This document shows positions 6,459-11,324 of a stretch of DNA of 11,324 nucleotides, in pieces. Below the pieces are notes generated by a model. The model was not told the origin of the DNA. It worked only from the letters and a program-made list of their open reading frames with translations, and searched no databases. Every line of letters starts with the position of its first letter. Position 1 is the stretch's first letter. The translations under genes were made by a program, and so were the position numbers. This DNA is from Candidatus Thorarchaeota archaeon (GTDB lineage Archaea; Asgardarchaeota; Thorarchaeia; Thorarchaeales; Thorarchaeaceae), in the NCBI GenBank assembly GCA_048884785.1, contig JBHLQM010000081.1:1-11324 (forward strand), read 5' to 3'.

Positions 6459-7316
6459 TCAATAATCAGTAAGTCCTAGAAGATTCATAGTCTTTGTCCA
6501 TAGTTGTTCTTGGAGTGTAGCGTCATTAGAAATCTCTGTGGTTACGACTACTTGCTTCTTCGAAAAGCACTTACCGGATACTCCCTCTGTCTCTGGCGAA
6601 GTTGCTGCATAAACTGAGGTTTCAGCGCCTTTCTTTGGACTCAATTGGAAAGGTTTCATCATCCCGAACATTAGAGATTGCATACGACTTCCACTGTTCC
6701 TTCCAAGATTTGTCGCAACAAATCCTGGGAGAACCGCGTTCACAGATACACCACTCCCCTCTAGTTTCTTAGCAAGAGAATATGTATGCATCAGTAGTAG
6801 TAATTTTGAATTTCTATAGACCTTTTGGGAGCTATACTTCTTTTCACTTTGAAGATCATCCAGAACTACAGTACCTGACTTATAAAGCCCAGAGCAGAGG
6901 TTGATCACACGGGAAGGTGCATTGGACTTGAGAATTGGTAAGAACTCTCGTGTCAGGAGAAAAGGTCCAATATAATTCACTGCCAGGGTTCGTTCAAAAC
7001 CATCTTCTGTCACCTGACGTTCACTAAAGACTGCACCTGCATTATTAACAAGCACATTGAGGGAATCATATTTCCTAGTGAATTCAGAAACAAATTTCTC
7101 AATTGATGCTCTGGATGCGACATCACATTGCATTAGCTCAATGTGAAATTCTTTTGTCTCGTGTAGCATTTCATCCAGAGCAGCTTGACCACGTTCAAGA
7201 CTGCGTACAGCCATGACTACAGTTGCACCCATTTCGGCTAAAGCAAGAGCTGTTTCCTTGCCTATTCCGGAATTGCTACCAGTCACGATGCAGATTTTCC
7301 CATGCATATGCGTCAT
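6459..7316 (-). CDS. Short-chain dehydrogenase/reductase, retinol-dehydrogenase/WWOX-like subgroup
   Basis: TGSNSGIG nucleotide-binding motif, NNAG, TEDGFERTLAVNYIGPFLLT, catalytic YRNSK, and PGFVATNL. Likely start ATG 7316 (AGGATGA upstream) or 7325. The extension to 7493 looks non-coding. Confidence 0.93.
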   Translation of the reverse strand: MTHMHGKICIVTGSNSGIGKETALALAEMGATVVMAVRSLERGQAALDEMLHETKEFHIELMQCDVASRASIEKFVSEFTRKYDSLNVLVNNAGAVFSERQVTEDGFERTLAVNYIGPFLLTREFLPILKSNAPSRVINLCSGLYKSGTVVLDDLQSEKKYSSQKVYRNSKLLLLMHTYSLAKKLEGSGVSVNAVLPGFVATNLGRNSGSRMQSLMFGMMKPFQLSPKKGAETSVYAATSPETEGVSGKCFSKKQVVVTTEISNDATLQEQLWTKTMNLLGLTDY

Positions 7317-7509
7317 GTCAATCATCCTAACATATTCATAGCATGTCATATTTCTTACGCAATTGAACAAAGAGCAGAGAGGACACAAAGAAATAGGATT
7401 TGGGTATCTTCTCCTTCTTGTATATCCAATGGAAGAATGCGATGAGAAAAGTGGCAACTGTGTAATAGTTGATTGGTGCACTCTGAGTATCAAGCAAGGT
7501 GAGTTTCGA

Positions 7510-7977
7510 CTACTTCATGATTCCTGCAGCAATGGTCTTTGACCAGACAATTTCTGGTTGATTGTTTTCCTCAAGTTTATGTATTTTCTCAGAGGTCTCT
7601 AAATTCATCCTAAGAGTATCCACACAGGCTCTCAATTTGGACTCACTATCAGAATGACCTAGGCTGATAGGATTAGGACCAACTGGACGTCCATGCTTGA
7701 GCGCAGTGTAAAAGCAGGCCTCAATCCCCTTGGCACCCATTTTATGCGCACGTTGACCTACTGTCATGATGAGATCCAGATCTTCCTGGGTTTCAATCGC
7801 CATATAGTATGCTGGTCTGAGAGGGTGTGACCTATCAGTAAATTTCACTATGCGAGAACCTTCAGGAAATCTAGTGCCCAGACAGGCGTTACATCTCCAC
7901 TCACCAGCCTCACAGAACGAGTCATAGACATACTGTAGACTCTCTGTGGACCCACATGCTCCGCATCGATTGGACAT
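7510..7977 (-). CDS. Hypothetical protein with N-terminal zinc-ribbon-like motif
   Basis: CGAC-x20-CNAC at the N-terminus. AGGGGTA SD-like motif upstream of the ATG. Confidence 0.75.
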   Translation of the reverse strand: MSNRCGACGSTESLQYVYDSFCEAGEWRCNACLGTRFPEGSRIVKFTDRSHPLRPAYYMAIETQEDLDLIMTVGQRAHKMGAKGIEACFYTALKHGRPVGPNPISLGHSDSESKLRACVDTLRMNLETSEKIHKLEENNQPEIVWSKTIAAGIMK

Positions 7978-7982
7978 TTCAG

Positions 7983-8010
7983 TACCCCTTGTTCTCTCGG
8001 ACTAGGGGTA
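7983..8010 (-). promoter_or_regulatory. SD-sequestering hairpin or inverted repeat in the 5' UTR
   Basis: TACCCCT...AGGGGTA 7-bp inverted repeat. On the minus strand the inner part reads GTCC-GAGA-GAAC. Confidence 0.5.
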
Positions 8011-8152
8011 TTATGAAAATCGAAGAACATGAGATGTTATATTCTCTGTGTGATACTAACAAAATCAGGAAATCCTACTTTTTACCAAAATGCTAAATAT
8101 AGAATCAGGGAATATTGTGTGTTTTTCTATTAATCAAAGGGGGTAAATCATA

Positions 8153-9565
8153 TTGACGCTGCTAGAAGATAGCGCCAAACTGCTATCTGAATTTGGCCTC
8201 ACATATTATGAGGCCATAGTCTACATTACTGCCCTCAAGATTGGTGTTACTACAGCAAGCAGAATAGCAAAACAAGCCAATATACGCCGTGAAGAAGTCT
8301 ATAGAACAATACCAAAACTTGAGAAGATAGGTCTTATTGAGCGAATTCTCGGGAGACCTGCGAAAGTCAAAGCACTTCCATTACAAGATGGACTCAATAC
8401 GCTTTTTGAGATGAAAGAGGAAGAAACGAGTCATGAGTTGAGGCAGCTTCTCTCAAAGAAGGAGGAAGTCCTCAAGAAGTATAATCAAGTGTTTCAAAAT
8501 CAGAAAAATGAAGAAGAACAATCCCATTTTGTTTTAATATCAGAAAAAGACGTTCTTACTAGAAAGGTCACGTCGGCTATTACCAATGCAAAAAAGAGCG
8601 TTGATTTTGTAGACTCATTTGAGAATGCTTTTCGATTCATTTTGTCCTATGGTGATGTACTAAAGATTGCAAAGAAGAAGAATGTGGATGTACATATCCT
8701 AACAGAGTGTCCAGATGAGATTGGATTAATTCCTGAGTATTTAAAAAAACAAATTCCCCAAAACTCATTCACAGTTCGCTATTCGGAGAACATCCCAAGC
8801 CGCTATATTCTCTTTGATAAGAACCAAGCAATGATCACAACTTCTGCTGGTAATTCGTTTAGCGATGGTCAATGTCTATGGACAAATTCTCCTAGTCTGG
8901 TCGGGATTATCCAGAGAGACTTTGAGGAACAATTTCGCGACGCCTTGGATTGGAGAAACCTCTCTATTGCGCCACCTCAAAAACTGACTCGAATCCTCAA
9001 TAGGTTGAGACCACGAGACCATGTTGTTCTCTTCTATGACTCTGTTCAATCCAAACACAATACTCTGTTTCCGTATATTATTCATACTCTAAATCGAGGA
9101 GAAGCAGCAGCCTATATCTGCTCAGAGGAATCACCCGATGAAATCAGAGAGGGTATGACCAACCACGGCATTGATGTGAAAAAACACGAGAAAAGCGGGG
9201 CTTTGCAGATATTCAACTACACTGATATTTACATTGTGGATGGAGAGGTTGATCTCCAGCATATTATAGAATTCTGGAAGAAGGGGTATAATGAAGCCTT
9301 GTCTAAAGGATTCAAAGGAGTGCGGGTCACTGGGGAGATGAGTTGCTTCATCAAGCACGATTTGGTCCAAGAATTAGTTGAGTACGAAAGAGCACTTCAT
9401 TCAGTCCTTGATATACCAATGACAGCCATTTGTGCATACAATGTAGAGATTCTATCATCAATTGAAAATCCAATTGATATCTATTCAGAGCTGGTCAAAG
9501 CTCATGGAAAAGTACTCTTTGCAGGAGAAGATAGCATCGGCAAGATTGAAGTCCGAGCTGGCTAA
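8153..9565 (+). CDS. TrmB-family transcriptional regulator fused to a C-terminal MEDS sensory domain
   Basis: TrmB HTH (FGLTYYEAIVYITAL...ASRIAKQANIRREEVYRTIPKLEKIGLI..ILGRP) and a middle effector domain (ILFDKNQAMI...LWTNSPSLV). MEDS motifs DHVVLFYDS, GVRVTGEM, LVEYERAL, AICAY. TTG start with AGGGGGT SD. Confidence 0.88.
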   Translation: MTLLEDSAKLLSEFGLTYYEAIVYITALKIGVTTASRIAKQANIRREEVYRTIPKLEKIGLIERILGRPAKVKALPLQDGLNTLFEMKEEETSHELRQLLSKKEEVLKKYNQVFQNQKNEEEQSHFVLISEKDVLTRKVTSAITNAKKSVDFVDSFENAFRFILSYGDVLKIAKKKNVDVHILTECPDEIGLIPEYLKKQIPQNSFTVRYSENIPSRYILFDKNQAMITTSAGNSFSDGQCLWTNSPSLVGIIQRDFEEQFRDALDWRNLSIAPPQKLTRILNRLRPRDHVVLFYDSVQSKHNTLFPYIIHTLNRGEAAAYICSEESPDEIREGMTNHGIDVKKHEKSGALQIFNYTDIYIVDGEVDLQHIIEFWKKGYNEALSKGFKGVRVTGEMSCFIKHDLVQELVEYERALHSVLDIPMTAICAYNVEILSSIENPIDIYSELVKAHGKVLFAGEDSIGKIEVRAG

Positions 9566-9580
9566 TAATCCGTTCTCCAT

Positions 9581-9826
9581 CTAAGCAGGAAGATAGATCC
9601 ATTGGCGCATATCTGAAAGGCACGGATACCTTCTGATAAGACGTTTCTTCAAAAGTTTCCTTAACGCATACCTAACTGTTCTTGGAGCAAATGAAACATT
9701 ATCTATGAGTTGTTTGGGTGTTACACCATTCTTTCCAGTTTCTCTTAATACAGACAAGACAATCATCTGACTTTTCGTGAGCCTATGGAAACCCAATTCT
9801 AATGCAAGCTCTTTATCTGAAAGCAT
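9581..9826 (-). CDS. Small archaeal winged-helix (MarR-like) DNA-binding protein
   Basis: LTKSQMIVLSVL...TPKQLI...PRTVRYALRKL...DMRQWIY matches the archaeal RTVRYAL...DxRQxxY wHTH pattern. GAGGTGG SD 7 nt upstream of ATG 9826. Confidence 0.85.
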   Translation of the reverse strand: MLSDKELALELGFHRLTKSQMIVLSVLRETGKNGVTPKQLIDNVSFAPRTVRYALRKLLKKRLIRRYPCLSDMRQWIYLPA

Positions 9827-9880
9827 TTCCAAACCACCTCAATATCGTTAATTCAATTGATTATTTATAATATAAACAAG

Positions 9881-9904
9881 TGTTACTGTGAAGGCACAGT
9901 AACA
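9881..9904. promoter_or_regulatory. Perfect palindromic operator candidate TGTTACTGTG-N4-CACAGTAACA
   Basis: 10-bp perfect inverted repeat immediately upstream of the minus-strand TATA (TTTATATT, 9876-9869) of the wHTH gene. Confidence 0.65.
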
Positions 9905-9956
9905 ATTTTCCGGAGAAATTGAGTGTTTTTCAACCAGGAAAATACAATCGAACGAA

Positions 9957-10787
9957 CTAACTTTTACGATTGAGTCCCAGTATGACTCGTGCTTCACTTG
10001 AAGAGGCTATTTCACGACCTTGAGTTTCCGCCAGCTGTCTAATCCGCGTGACAAAGGATTCATTCGGAGCCAGCTGACCCTTTGAGAAGAAGATGTTATC
10101 TTCAAGACCTACCCGAACATGTCCACCCATACTGATAGACAGACCTGTCATGCTGAGCTGAAACCTCCCTACACCGGCTACAGTGTACACAGAATTCTTC
10201 GGCAGTTGTCTTGTCATGTGCAAGAGATTTTCGATTGTTCCAGGAATGCCTCCATCAACACCCATGACCAATTGAAAGAGAGGTGGTTGTTCGACAAGAT
10301 CCTGTCGAAGAAGCTTGATTCCTTGATGAATGAAACCAACATCAAATGCTTCTAGCTCCGGTTTAATCTTGTACTGACGCATTCTTTGGGCTAAGAAAGT
10401 CACAGTTTCCCAACTGTTGACATAAACGATAGAAGGTTTTCTTCCTGCAAAATTCAACGAGCCTGTAGTGAGACTTCCCATCTCGGGTTTTGTGATGAGG
10501 GGAGCAGCGCGTTCCTCATCTGATTTTCCTGCTACGCCGCTAGTCGAAACCATCACAAGGAGCTTTGTGCGCTTTCGTATCTTATCGATGGTTTCCCTAA
10601 AGATTTGAGTGTCTGAAGTGGGTCTTTCATCCTCATCCCTACAGTGAACATGGACGACGGATGCCCCTTCCTGTTCACAAAGATATGCAGTTTCTGCAAT
10701 CTCATCAGGAGTTGTGGGGAGGAATGGTGTATCTTTCTTGGTAGGAACTGAGCCTGTAGGTGCCACGGTGATTATTAATTTCTCCAA
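9957..10787 (-). CDS. kce: Beta-keto acid cleavage enzyme (BKACE/DUF849; 3-keto-5-aminohexanoate cleavage enzyme-like)
   Basis: KLIITVAPTG, LPTTPDEIA, metal-binding VHVHCRD, STSG, KPELEAFD and GGHVRVGLEDN. TTG start with GAGGCGG SD. Exact substrate cannot be determined. Confidence 0.92.
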   Translation of the reverse strand: MEKLIITVAPTGSVPTKKDTPFLPTTPDEIAETAYLCEQEGASVVHVHCRDEDERPTSDTQIFRETIDKIRKRTKLLVMVSTSGVAGKSDEERAAPLITKPEMGSLTTGSLNFAGRKPSIVYVNSWETVTFLAQRMRQYKIKPELEAFDVGFIHQGIKLLRQDLVEQPPLFQLVMGVDGGIPGTIENLLHMTRQLPKNSVYTVAGVGRFQLSMTGLSISMGGHVRVGLEDNIFFSKGQLAPNESFVTRIRQLAETQGREIASSSEARVILGLNRKS

Positions 10788-10953
10788 TTTTAGGCCGCCT
10801 CAGATACGATATTCGAATTATGGCAATGGAAGAGCTCGTATCTTAACTTTCTGTTTTTCCTTAAAGCAGAATGATATGACGGGTTTCAGTGATGCTAGTA
10901 TCTTTATTTGGCAGTAGCTTCAGCATAATTCTTGATTATGAGAAGGTGTTATT

Positions 10954-11324
10954 ATGCTCCTGACTGCAGCCAGTAAGAAGACAAGGCGTTCTGCAACACT
11001 AGCTATGAATGAAACTGTGAGGCAACTTCGAAAGAGTGGCAAAGAGGTCTTTCATTTAGGTTTTGGAGAATCACCCTTCCCTATACACCCTATGATACAA
11101 AAAGCTCTTTGTGACAATGCACATCAAAGAAGTTATCTTCCTACTCAGGGCATTTTGCCTCTTCGTGAACAAGTATGTAGATTCTATGAAAACATGTTTG
11201 GCTTTCATGTCGTACCAGATCAGATTGTTGTTGGCCCTGGAAGTAAGGTTCTTCTCTACAATGCAATGATGGCTCTTCAGGGGCCTCTATTTGTCCCCAC
11301 ACCATCATGGGTGAGCTATGATGA
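10954..11324 (+). CDS. PLP-dependent aminotransferase class I/II (3'-partial)
   Basis: Manual translation MLLTAASKKTRRSATLAMNETVRQLRKSGKEVFHLGFGESPFP...YLPTQGILPLRE...QIVVGPGSKVLLY...PTPSWVSY, the aspartate-aminotransferase-like N-terminus. AGGTG SD at 10944-10948. Confidence 0.92.
   Translation, partial: MLLTAASKKTRRSATLAMNETVRQLRKSGKEVFHLGFGESPFPIHPMIQKALCDNAHQRSYLPTQGILPLREQVCRFYENMFGFHVVPDQIVVGPGSKVLLYNAMMALQGPLFVPTPSWVSYD

Noticed and set aside
3644-6462. ORFs 3644-3844 (+), 5274-5534 (-) and 6241-6462 (-)
   Set aside because: Shadows of the membrane protein and Lrp genes.
7326-7493. N-terminal extension of the SDR ORF and other open frames in 7330-7505
   Set aside because: SDR homology starts at about MTHMHGK. 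The upstream frames have no start signals or motifs.
9903-9921. Imperfect palindrome CAATTTTCCGGAGAAATTG next to the wHTH operator
   Set aside because: Bulged, AT-rich and seen only once, so it cannot be separated from chance.
7848-10917. ORFs 7848-8030, 8876-9085, 9131-9370, 10119-10355 and 10714-10917
   Set aside because: They overlap or are antisense to well-supported genes and show no motifs.
1-11324. CRISPR array, tRNA/rRNA, IS element or integrase
   Set aside because: No regularly spaced repeats, cloverleaf, terminal inverted repeats or recombinase ORF were seen by eye.

Overview
Gene-dense archaeal window: TATA-like promoters, GGAGG/GAGGTG SD motifs, TTG/GTG starts, and TrmB, double-Lrp and RTVRYAL-type wHTH regulators. 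The gene mix suggests an Asgard (Thorarchaeia-like) genome, which is an inference only. Order: tandem-GNAT acetyltransferase (partial, -), DinB protein (+), hypothetical (-), ABC-2 permease (-), a C-terminal ABC-ATPase remnant fused head-to-head to a 5'-truncated nucleoside phosphorylase, a two-gene Cys/His-rich membrane operon (-), a small basic ORF with highly structured UTRs (-) divergent from a double Lrp/AsnC regulator (+), SDR (-), Zn-ribbon protein (-), TrmB-MEDS regulator (+), small wHTH (-), BKACE/Kce-like enzyme (-) and a class I/II aminotransferase (partial, +). The most unusual stretch is 4690-5330. It holds a small ORF that extends through an in-frame TGA (H-U-G-V-C, plus CxxCH), an overlapping Ile/Val-rich upstream peptide ending in a hairpin, stacked hairpins in both UTRs, three TTGCC-N4-TTTC boxes, and a degenerate copy of the palindromic operator found in front of the wHTH gene 4.66 kb away. 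No rRNA, tRNA, CRISPR or transposase was recognised.
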